From NCBI GenBank assembly GCA_009859145.1, contig VRVR01000006.1:245455-309454 (forward strand): a DNA stretch of 64,000 nt, read 5' to 3'. The notes under the pieces are model-generated. The model ran no database searches. It was not told where the DNA came from and saw only the letters and a list, made by a program, of their open reading frames with translations. The translations under genes and the position numbers were made by a program. Shown in pieces: positions 52,123 through 61,556 of the stretch. This DNA comes from Andalucia godoyi And28 (lineage: Eukaryota; Protista; Jakobida). Every line of letters starts with the position of its first letter. Within the stretch, counting starts at the first letter, position 1.

Positions 52123-52221
52123 TTAAGATACACCACATACCCACGAAAGCCGAAATCCCATTTTTTCATTGCTTGTTGTTTCTTCTTTCCTCCTCCCCTC
52201 ACTTGGATCCAGACGCAACGA

Positions 52222-52701
52222 TTACTGTTGCGACGATGATGATGAGCTGGACTGACGTTTCTGTGCAAGGACGCGAGCACGACTTCTCCGTCTCTTCACC
52301 AACAGTGCACCAACGAGAATAGATGCGACCGGAAGCGAGTAAAGCAACAACGTATGTGCGCTAAAGGATGATTCATACAGAATCTTCGGACCAAAACGCT
52401 CGACGAGGTACGTCTTGATCTCCTCCTCTTTCTTTCCAAGCAGCAATTGCTCTCGAATAACGCCTCGCAAATGAATAGAAAATTCCGATTCGCTGCCTTC
52501 AATCGACTGATTTGCGCACACAAGACACCGAACTTGCTTAAACAGCGACCTTGCCCGCGCTTCTCGATACAAGTCTTCCGGAGACGCAAACCGGTTCAGC
52601 GACGGATCGCGTTTTTGCGCCGCAGAGACACGGACGATCGATGGCGGTTCTTCAGAACTTACAGACGCCGCATGCAGACACGGAAACAAAGACCACTGCA
52701 T
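52222..52701 (-). CDS. ccmH: Cytochrome c maturation System I protein CcmH (CcmL/Ccl2), nucleus-encoded
   Basis: VRCLVCANQSIEGS, IREQLLLGKKEEEIKTYLVERFGPKILY and a C-terminal TM LYSLPV; first ATG at 52701. Confidence 0.92.
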   Translation of the reverse strand: MQWSLFPCLHAASVSSEEPPSIVRVSAAQKRDPSLNRFASPEDLYREARARSLFKQVRCLVCANQSIEGSESEFSIHLRGVIREQLLLGKKEEEIKTYLVERFGPKILYESSFSAHTLLLYSLPVASILVGALLVKRRRSRARVLAQKRQSSSSSSSQQ

Positions 52702-53516
52702 ATGCGCATCAACCACCTTTTTCTGTTTTGTTAAGTCATAATCATAATCATAATCATAATCATAATATTAAAACAAGAAGGAGAGCGTGTCGTTTCTGCC
52801 AGCAATTTCCCCCTCCATTTTGATGATGCGTTACAGTACAGTAAGCGTGCGTCTCTCCGTCGTGGTTGAGACTGTGTGACTTGAGGCATGCTTTTTCTTC
52901 TTCTTCAAATTGGTCAAATCTCTCTCGGATCTCAATCTTATCTTTTTAGAACGCCTTTTTGATCACTTCCCCAACGCTGTGTTTCTCATTCTTCCGTTCT
53001 TCGTTTTCTTCCGTTCTCTCTCATTTCGTCATTCTGCGCGACATTTTCGATCGTGAAGAAAAAACAGGAAGGAAAAAGAAAAAAATAATAAAAAGAGAAG
53101 AAAAACAAAGAGCCAAGCACGTGTCCTGTGTTGTAAGTGGGATTGGAAATCGAGGAAACGACGAGACAGCTGGACTTTTTTCGGTGTGTGGTGCTGGTGG
53201 CCTAGGAGTTCGAAAATATCACTTCAAATATTCTGGTATTTTAGTAGGCATTCATCGCTATTGTCGTTATCATCATTGTTATTATTACTATTATCTTCTG
53301 TTTACTGCTGTACGTCTTTTCTCCTTTTGTTCTTTCCAGGTCTACTTTGCATGCTGTATTGGCCGTCAGGAAAACGACCCATTTCTCGTCGATCGTTGGT
53401 TCTACAAGATTTCGTAGTATTTCCAAAGGTTGTTTCGTAGAGAGAGATAGAGAGAGAGAGATACATAGATACGTTGTCGGAAGCTGGGGCGGTTGTTTGA
53501 GTTTGAGAGGTAACGA

Positions 53517-55373
53517 ATGAGCTCCGACTTGCAGATTGCGTCACCTTCTCCAGAACCGATTCCTTCGAATGGAAGCAGCGACAGCAACAATCGGTTTTCA
53601 TCGGCATCGTCGATTGACGATGTTGCGGTTTTGCAAGTTGCGAACCCGGAAATGAAACATCAGTTTGTGCGTTTGTACAAGACGTTTCCGGGTCGAAACA
53701 GATTTCTGTGTGGCGGTCGGATGATGGTGGGTCCCGATTGGAAGATTCTTTGCTATGCATATCTGCTCATGTCTGCGCCAATGATTGTGTTTTACGTGCT
53801 GGTTGCTCCGAAAGTCACAGAGTACATATCCATGTCACTTCCCATCATAGTTGGATTCCTGCATCTGATCGTGCTGGTGTCGTTATTCGTTACGGCCACC
53901 GCTGATCCTGGAATCGTACCACGGGCGCCTCCTGAGCCTCCTGTCGATCCTGAGAATCCTCGACCGGCCAATCCGCCTTGGAAGGAAATCGAAGTGAGCG
54001 GCAGGAAGATAAGAGTCAAGTACTGCCAGACATGCCGCGTGTATCGACCACCCAGAGCCACGCATTGCGGAACGTGCAATAACTGTGTGTTGCGATTTGA
54101 TCATCACTGTCCGTGGACCGGAACATGCATTGGCGAGCGGAACTATCGATACTTCCTGATATTTGTTTGGTCGATTACGTTCATGTGCTGCTTCGTGGTT
54201 TGCGTATGCATCGCATTGTTGGCGGTGATCACCGCAAACAACGAAAGCAAGTACTCGGGGGCAGACATGTTTTGGGAAGCGATTGCGGAAGTGCCGGCTG
54301 CGGTTGCGGTCATTGTGTTTGGGCTCTTTTCGATGTGTTGCCTCAGTGGTTTGACATGCTATCATTGTGGACTGACTTGCAAGAACATGACAACGAATGA
54401 AGATTTTAAGCACTATGGAATTGAAAAGGAAAGGTCGCCATACGACCACGGTTGCAAGAAGAATTGCCAGCTGGTGCTCTGCGGATCAGTCTCAAAAAGT
54501 TTCTTCAACTGGAGAGCACTCATTCCAGCGCCTCCTGACCATCAAAATCCAAAGGTTGCGCAAAAAGCGAAGCGGATGGAAGCATTGCGAGCGCAAGTCG
54601 CTCAAGGCCAAGCAGAAACGAACGCCACAGGCCTACAGCTATTTTCTCCTGCTCCCGTTGCCGCTGTCGCATCCGTGGAATTTTCCAAGCCTGATTCGTC
54701 TGTTTCAAATCCCAGCGTTTCAAATCCCAGCGTTTCAAATCCGTCTATATCGAGCTTTCCAACACCAAGCCCTCCTTCCCTTGACATGTCATCCGTGGTC
54801 CAAAATTCGACAACGAATGCAAAGCCACCGCGAGCACGGTCGCAGTCTGTCTCTATGGCGGGGGCTGCAAGCACCACTTCCAGCAACAGTAACAGCAACC
54901 ACCGTCACCACTCATCATCGTCGTCATCATCATCGTCATCGGAAATCACACCGAGAAACTCGGGAAGCTTTACTTCAGATTCTTATTCGCCGTCAGCAGC
55001 CTCGGTGTCTCAGGTTACTGCCGAAGTCGCATCGACACCCACGAATGGCGACACGGAATTGCGAACCCCCACGGGGGCTGCTGCAAGTTCCCACAGACCT
55101 CGTCGACTAAGCTGGACATCATCGACTGCGAAGGATGATCTGGCGCGATCTCAGCCACTTCCGCTTTCGGCAGCTCCAAGTAATATTTATTCATCCGTCC
55201 CCGAGAATTCATTGGCGGCACGAACGGCTTCGGCGGTATCATTTTCATTGACACCGCAGTCTTGCGAGCCAGGTGCCGAAGGAAATGTGCATCCATTTGC
55301 CATTTCCCAGGGTTCGGACTCGAATCTTTCTGAAGAGGAACGGACTTCTTCTCACAAATATAGATCTCCATAA
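53517..55373 (+). CDS. DHHC palmitoyltransferase (ZDHHC9/14/18, Erf2-like)
   Basis: [54 protein letters not shown] and TTNED. Confidence 0.96.
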   Translation: MSSDLQIASPSPEPIPSNGSSDSNNRFSSASSIDDVAVLQVANPEMKHQFVRLYKTFPGRNRFLCGGRMMVGPDWKILCYAYLLMSAPMIVFYVLVAPKVTEYISMSLPIIVGFLHLIVLVSLFVTATADPGIVPRAPPEPPVDPENPRPANPPWKEIEVSGRKIRVKYCQTCRVYRPPRATHCGTCNNCVLRFDHHCPWTGTCIGERNYRYFLIFVWSITFMCCFVVCVCIALLAVITANNESKYSGADMFWEAIAEVPAAVAVIVFGLFSMCCLSGLTCYHCGLTCKNMTTNEDFKHYGIEKERSPYDHGCKKNCQLVLCGSVSKSFFNWRALIPAPPDHQNPKVAQKAKRMEALRAQVAQGQAETNATGLQLFSPAPVAAVASVEFSKPDSSVSNPSVSNPSVSNPSISSFPTPSPPSLDMSSVVQNSTTNAKPPRARSQSVSMAGAASTTSSNSNSNHRHHSSSSSSSSSSEITPRNSGSFTSDSYSPSAASVSQVTAEVASTPTNGDTELRTPTGAAASSHRPRRLSWTSSTAKDDLARSQPLPLSAAPSNIYSSVPENSLAARTASAVSFSLTPQSCEPGAEGNVHPFAISQGSDSNLSEEERTSSHKYRSP

Positions 55374-55499
55374 GATACTGGAGACGAAAACCCTTCCTGG
55401 ACGTAAAACTCCTGTGTTACAAAAGAACAGCAATGGAACTCCAAAAAATCCAAGGCGCACATGCACCCGCACAAGCACAAACAGACACTGGGATGGCGT

Positions 55500-55775
55500 C
55501 TAGAAGCTCCCTCTCCGGAGAAGCTGAACTCTGAAGCTAGTGACCTCGGCAGACGGAAACGACGAGGTTCGTTTGGACTCTTGGACAGCAAGACGATCGA
55601 GAGGAATCAGGATGAGGAAAAAGTACAGGACAAAGATCACAGTCAGCGAAAGCCCGAGTTGGAACTTTGCTTGCAGCGGAATCGTCTCAAACACGTGCGT
55701 TGCAAACTCTGGGATCTTAAAGCGACCCAGAATATAGCCCAGAATAATGAAGAATATTGAAGATTTCAGCGCCAT
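55500..55775 (-). CDS. Possible small two-TM membrane protein (91 aa)
   Basis: True ATG at 55775 and two hydrophobic segments; fills an otherwise empty gap; no family recognised. Confidence 0.35.
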   Translation of the reverse strand: MALKSSIFFIILGYILGRFKIPEFATHVFETIPLQAKFQLGLSLTVIFVLYFFLILIPLDRLAVQESKRTSSFPSAEVTSFRVQLLRRGSF

Positions 55776-56164
55776 TCCAAATCTTGAGAAGCAACCAACA
55801 TATATATATATATTATAATAATAATAATAAAAACACGACAGAAATGACTCTTATGTAATTTAAAAAAGAGATTGCAAAGGAAAGAAAGAAATCCTAGCAG
55901 CCTTGAGCCTTTGATTCTAGGTCTGTGTTTTGTCAAGCTCGGAAAAGGATGGGGATTGCCTGTCTGCGCAACCAAGGAACTATGGGTTTTGCTGTCCAAA
56001 TCCAAACTCCGAAGTTTCGATGATGTCAATCTTGGCTGAATGCTAAACAATAGCCAATTATTGTTTTGTTTTTTCTTCTTCTTTTTTCTCTTTCGACATT
56101 TTTTATAGTCTTGGGGGTTCCATAGGCGGGACCAGGTAGGAGAAAGAAGGGCAAAGGTCAGATC

Positions 56165-58738
56165 ATGTCGAGTCAAGATATTAGACCGGGTACTGCGCCT
56201 GGCAGATCGCTTCTTGGTGATTGGATGAATGAAGAAATATGGAAGAATGCAATGGACCGAAGCGGACCACGGCGGTTTCATGGCCACAAGGACATTATTG
56301 CGCCTTTATCAGGGTCTCCGGACCGTCCACTGAGTGCAAAATCAAGAGAAACACCGGGAAATGAAACTCCTCCTCGTGCTTTGCAACACCTCGATCAACC
56401 ACATCAGCATCAACTACCGCTACGACACCCATACACTTCAAGCTCTCCGGCGGGAAGCCAGGAGCCGGGGTCACCACATGTCCGGTTCGCAGAATCCAGA
56501 AACCAGATGATTACCTATCCTTCTGGAGCGTCGGTGTCGGAAAGGACATCCGAGGCCGCGGATTCAGGCTGTTCTTCGGCATCTTCACGATCCAAGAAAG
56601 TGAGGGATTTGTATCAAACGGGGGGATCGTTGCTTGAATGGGACACTCCAGATGTGCATTCGCCACGAACGCATAACGTCCGAGATGCGAGGTCAAAGCC
56701 CGTTTTTGCAATGACTATGGAACAGAAGTTGATGGCACAAGCGCAGAGAATTTTAATGCAAAGATTGCAGTTCCGACAGCTGTTTGTCGCGATGGATGTG
56801 GACCATGACGGTGTCATCTCGTTTGATGATCTCGCTCAGTCTCTCCGGCTAAAGTTCGGAACAGAACTGACAAGTGAAGAGTTGCAGCATTTCTACGACT
56901 TGCTCGCGGACAGGAGAGCACACAGAGGGTTTGATGTGACGTTGCTGCAGGGCTTTGCAGACAAGGGACTTGCGTTCTTGCAAGAGTTCGATAGTTCTTC
57001 GACTGCAAACACCCAGTACGGTTCTCCCGCGGGCGTAGTGTTCTCACCAAGGAGCGTTTCTCCGACGACGCTGCATGCAGAGTCGGAGTTTAACGATTTG
57101 CTTGTGAATGCGATGATGATGAAGCACAAGGCTCCCTCAGATTTGTTCAAGGCGTTGCTGCAAGAGTCATCGGACACTCCCTCGTCACCGCTTGTTCCTC
57201 GCTCGTACGAGTCTTCGTCTTCGTCGTCTGTTCTTCCCTTGGCGGCTCTCGAGCGGTTGGTGCTGAAGGAGGTTCATGCCAATGAGAGGTTGCGCCAGCT
57301 GGCGAAAAGGAACCCGCGCTTCGTTGACGCCTTCATCGGAATGTTTGATCCTCAACAAGCTGGCTATGTGTCATTCACGGTATTTTCACAATGTCTTTCT
57401 ACGCGCGATGACTGCTTTTTGTTTTTGAATGCTGCGAACGGGCCAGGAACACAGAATGATCATGATCAGCAGCATGCAGCCGGTAACTTCTACCAAGCCA
57501 GGCTACCTGAAGCACATCCGTTCAATGTTCTTCGGAGGGTTCTACAGGACAAGTCGTTTCGATTGTCATTTGTTTTAGAACGCCATCCACGGTCTGTGAA
57601 CAAGGAGATTCCTGTGGATGTGCTTCGCGATGTTTTGTCCAAAGAATGCCAGTTTTACCTCACCGACGCAGAATTTTCTCAATTGCTGTCTTGCCTTCCG
57701 ATCTCGTCGCGTACTGGATGTGTGCGGTACCATGATATGCTGCGAAACTTGGAGTCACTGAGTCTGAAGGAGCGTGGCCACGTTGGAGTGATCGGAACCG
57801 CCTCAGAAGCAGGAGATAGCCGCAGCGATGCAAGTGCATGCGTCTCGTCCTCTGCGGGGTTTTACCTCAATTCATCCTGGGCTGAAAGGATGTTTTTCCA
57901 GCCGCTACGGGATCTTGGTGCAGCAGTCCCGCACTTGCTGTATCGGTGTGATTCTTCGGGGAGAGGACAGTTGGGTCTCCAAGAGTTTGTCCATTTTCTG
58001 GGTGTTGCTAAGCTGAATATCCGTCGCCATGAAATGCACGCGCTGTTTGAGAGCTTGCCACATAATGAAGCCGATCTGCTAGACACCAAACAGTTCCTAG
58101 CGTTTTTAGGCATTGATGACCCGCATATTGCTGAAAATATTTCTGTTCATCTCCACCATGCTCCAAACTCACCTTCGCTGTCCCCTTCACGAACCACCAA
58201 CATTGCTCGTCGGACATCTGAATTGTCTCCAAATGAGAAGAAGGAGTACCTTGCTCTGCAGCGAATTTTGCAAGCGATATCCGAGCGTCAAGGCGACATT
58301 GTTCGCCTTGCAACCAGGACTGTGGACCGCAACCGCACTGGCCGGGTGTCCGTCTCTCAGTATCGTGACGTTATTTTTGACTCGGGCGTCGTGATCTCTG
58401 ACTCCGACTTCCAAAAGGTGGTTTCGGTCATTGGCTCGGCGGATAATCGCATTTCGTACCATGATGTTCCGCAGCTTTTGACGACTGCAGTCTCTCGACG
58501 AGAAGTCGAGCTCAATTCTTGGAGCCATTTACAAGAACACTCACATGTCATGACTGCAGTGGATAATCGCGTGCGCATCATGAACAAACATGTGTATGGA
58601 AAGGACTCTGGAGACATCATTGCATACAGCGACTCGAAAGACCCCAGCAACAGTTCTCCTCGTTCTCAAGTGGAAACGTTCCGTGCATCTACTCGTTCCT
58701 TCTTTTCCCCAAGTTCTCCTGTCAAGAAACCGCTCTAA
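56165..58738 (+). CDS. Multi-EF-hand protein (EFCAB6-like)
   Basis: Canonical and degenerate EF-hand loops DVDHDGVISFDD, DPQQAGYVSF, DSSGRGQLGLQE and DRNRTGRVSVSQ. Confidence 0.75.
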   Translation: MSSQDIRPGTAPGRSLLGDWMNEEIWKNAMDRSGPRRFHGHKDIIAPLSGSPDRPLSAKSRETPGNETPPRALQHLDQPHQHQLPLRHPYTSSSPAGSQEPGSPHVRFAESRNQMITYPSGASVSERTSEAADSGCSSASSRSKKVRDLYQTGGSLLEWDTPDVHSPRTHNVRDARSKPVFAMTMEQKLMAQAQRILMQRLQFRQLFVAMDVDHDGVISFDDLAQSLRLKFGTELTSEELQHFYDLLADRRAHRGFDVTLLQGFADKGLAFLQEFDSSSTANTQYGSPAGVVFSPRSVSPTTLHAESEFNDLLVNAMMMKHKAPSDLFKALLQESSDTPSSPLVPRSYESSSSSSVLPLAALERLVLKEVHANERLRQLAKRNPRFVDAFIGMFDPQQAGYVSFTVFSQCLSTRDDCFLFLNAANGPGTQNDHDQQHAAGNFYQARLPEAHPFNVLRRVLQDKSFRLSFVLERHPRSVNKEIPVDVLRDVLSKECQFYLTDAEFSQLLSCLPISSRTGCVRYHDMLRNLESLSLKERGHVGVIGTASEAGDSRSDASACVSSSAGFYLNSSWAERMFFQPLRDLGAAVPHLLYRCDSSGRGQLGLQEFVHFLGVAKLNIRRHEMHALFESLPHNEADLLDTKQFLAFLGIDDPHIAENISVHLHHAPNSPSLSPSRTTNIARRTSELSPNEKKEYLALQRILQAISERQGDIVRLATRTVDRNRTGRVSVSQYRDVIFDSGVVISDSDFQKVVSVIGSADNRISYHDVPQLLTTAVSRREVELNSWSHLQEHSHVMTAVDNRVRIMNKHVYGKDSGDIIAYSDSKDPSNSSPRSQVETFRASTRSFFSPSSPVKKPL

Positions 58739-59452
58739 GAATTTAGTGTCCCACATCATTTCGTTGTCGTTGTTATTGCTGTCGTCGTTGTCGTTATTGT
58801 TGTTCTTGGTTATATTCTTCTTATGTAACCTGTATTTTTCATGTTTGCCTTGTTGAATGGCTGTTCTGTGTACCCTCTTCTTTACACCCCTTCCTGCCGG
58901 CTTTCCTTGCCTGTGCGCTTGTCTCGAAAACATGATCCGTCGCATCCCACCATCGCGAACGATGTGAGCTCTTCACTTCGTCCCGACACGAGACTCCGTA
59001 GGCGCCATTCGAACCTGTTGGACGGTCGTGACGCAACCGCATCGTTGTTGTCGTAATCCTGGTAGTATCATGAAGTATCGTGTACCTTACTTTCCCCATC
59101 TTGCAAATTAATGTTTTTTTATTAATTAATTTGATTTTTTCTTTTTTTCTTTTTCGGAAAACGACGCAAAGGTTCCACTTTTTTTTTTTAAATAATAAAA
59201 AAAAGATCAAAATGTATACGAACAATCACTGACAGAGCAAGACGGGGGGGAACAGCGTCTCTTTTTGCAAAGTTGACAGAAAAAATCGACGCAGAGTCCC
59301 CTCCCCCCATAAAAAAGCAGAAGAAAACTTGATTTCAAAACAACAAGAACAACAACAGCAACAACAGAAAAACATGAAATGAATGCTCATTCCTCCTTCT
59401 CTCCCCTCTGCAGTTCACACGCTCTTGCAGCAGCACTGAAGTCTCCGCTCAG

Positions 59453-59855
59453 TTACTTTTGAGCTTGACTCTCTCGAGCTTTGACGAATTCTGAGTGTTT
59501 GTAGCAGTTTCGGAAAGCCCGAACTTCACTCTGGCAAGCCCTCCAATCTCTCTCGCTACGTTCCATACACTCCTGGACAGCTTGGTAGTAGCGGCCTATT
59601 CAAAATGCAAAACTCTCAAATTAGAAAACACTAATTTAAACATTCAAATACCATAAAACAAAAAAACAAAAAGAACAGAACAGAGCAGAGCAGAACAGAA
59701 CAGAACAGAACAGAACAGAACAGAACAGAAAAGAAAAGAAGGTGAATCCTATCCACCCTCAATAATCACAATGATGGTGATGACTGCATACCGCAACCTT
59801 GCAAATTCACAAGGCGGTCGAAATCAATGATTTCATCGTGCTTGCTGCTGTCCAT
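59453..59855 (-). CDS. COA4: Twin CX9C cytochrome c oxidase assembly factor COA4/CMC3 (68 aa); join(59855..59792,59595..59453)
   Basis: A 196-nt phase-1 GTATGC...AATAG intron. Product MDSSKHDEIIDFDRLVNLQGCGRYYQAVQECMERSERDWRACQSEVRAFRNCYKHSEFVKARESQAQK has CX9C-X10-CX9C and the AVQECM...DWR.CQ..V.AF..C signature. Confidence 0.88.
59671..59740. repeat. (CAGAA)n pentamer repeat inside the COA4 intron
   Basis: Read directly from the sequence. Confidence 0.9.
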
Positions 59856-60008
59856 TTCCCCGGATTGTTTTTGTTGTGTGTCCGAACTACGCAAGTCTAC
59901 GCGGATCAGAGTCGAAAAAACCGGATAGAACAATAAAGGGAAAAAACAAAACAAAACAAAACAAAACAACCAAAAAGTCAACGTTTGCATTAATAAAACA
60001 ATCAGGAC

Positions 60009-60055
60009 AAAATAGAGAAAATAGAGAAAATAGAGAAAATAGAGAAAATAGGAAA
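60009..60055. repeat. (AAATAGAGA)n 9-mer repeat between the divergent COA4 and EEF2KMT genes
   Basis: Read directly from the sequence; about 4-5 units. Confidence 0.85.
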
Positions 60056-60269
60056 ATGGAAACCTATGCAGCAATCGAACTATGGAACTCTTACAGTAAC
60101 ACTGACATTTCTGCAGAAAAAAAGCCTGCACTGACACGTTACTACAGTAGATGAAATCGTCGTTTGTATGAAAAAGGTTGTGAGTTTGGGACTTTGCGAA
60201 TTGGGAATTGTTTTGGAAGTTGGATTGTGTAGCTTTGGATGCGTGCCTGGGTTATTGTTGATGTAAAGA

Positions 60270-61556
60270 ATGGCGGATACTCCGTGTACGATAGTAGAGA
60301 CGCTGTTGCTGGATATTAGACCGCGCGTGCTCGCTGGATGCAATGTCACAGACATCATGGACGATTTGTCATCCATGTTCGATTCGCAACCTTGGTTCTG
60401 CTCGTCCTTGTCGTTTCAAGACCTGCTTGTGTACTTGTTTCTAGATTACTTTCCTTTCTTGTCGCGAAACTATCTAAAGAAGATTATCAGTTCGTACGTG
60501 AAGATTTTGGACCACAATCGTTGCGAAGTTGCCGAGACGTTTCTCGACTTTTTGCAGAACACAACAGCAGATACGGGAGAAATCATGTTTCAGCGATGCT
60601 ACGTGTTTCTCAATGAGGCGTACGTTCAAAGAGTGAGGAAGCTTGCTGGGCAGGCCAATCTGAATTGCGATGGCAGCTGCGTCGGCAACTTGGTCGAATT
60701 TGTCAAGCAGATAGACGAGGACACGGGAGAACTCGGGATCTCGGTCAAGGTGTCCGTGACGGATGGGTTTCACGAAACCGGGACGGTTGCCTGGGAAGCT
60801 GGCTGCTTTTTGGCAGAGTTTGCGGCTTCGCACCCAGATCTGTTTGATGGAAAGTCTGTTCTCGAGTTGGGAACTGGAATTGGTGTCACGGCGATTGGGC
60901 TGATGAAACTGTGCAATATCCGTCGCATGACGATGACCGACTATGCACCGCTGGTTCTCTCCAATCTTGCTGGTAATGTCAAGCTCAGTATGAATTCTTT
61001 TATTTATTTTATTTATTTTTTTAACCGTTCAGTACCAGCTGTCTAATCTGCAATGCATCCTGTCTTTTGTGCAATCTACCGTTCACTGACAACAATTCGT
61101 GTGGCTTGGAAACATGCAACAAACAAACCAAAAAAACAAACAAACAAACAACAACAACAACAACAACACAACACCCATGTAGATGAGCCGTACCCAAGTG
61201 GATGTGCATGGACGATGGAGTCCATGAACTGGGAGTCCTTTGACAGGTCGGCTGTGGCAGACAGAACTGAGGAACTTGTCATTGGCGCAGACTTGGTGTA
61301 CGAACCAGACGCCATCATCGGATTGTGCAATGTTGTTCAATCTCTGCTGCAAAACAAGTCGCGGGTTGTGTTGCTGGCGGTGACAAAACGAAATCCAGAG
61401 ACGTTTGAATTTTTCAAGAATGCCCTTGAAGAGCGCTGTGTGCGATGGCAAGACATGACGCGGTGGGCCCACGACACAACCAAGGAACTGCTGCGGTATC
61501 GGAACCGAGATGCGGTCATGGTGGGATACGTCAAGCCAGTGGCCTCGTCTTCATAA
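60270..61556 (+). CDS. EEF2KMT: Protein-lysine N-methyltransferase, EEF2KMT/FAM86/Efm3-like; join(60270..60987,61183..61556)
   Basis: FAM86-like N-terminus, ETGTVAWEAG, VLELGTGIG and MTDY; a 195-nt phase-1 GTATGA...TAG intron; then NWE and VIGADLVYEP. Confidence 0.82.

Noticed and set aside
58865-59100. Possible 61-aa gene (MGK|DYDNND...) using a GTAAGG donor and a 32-nt intron
   Set aside because: The intron is shorter than any well-supported one here and the product is unrecognisable.
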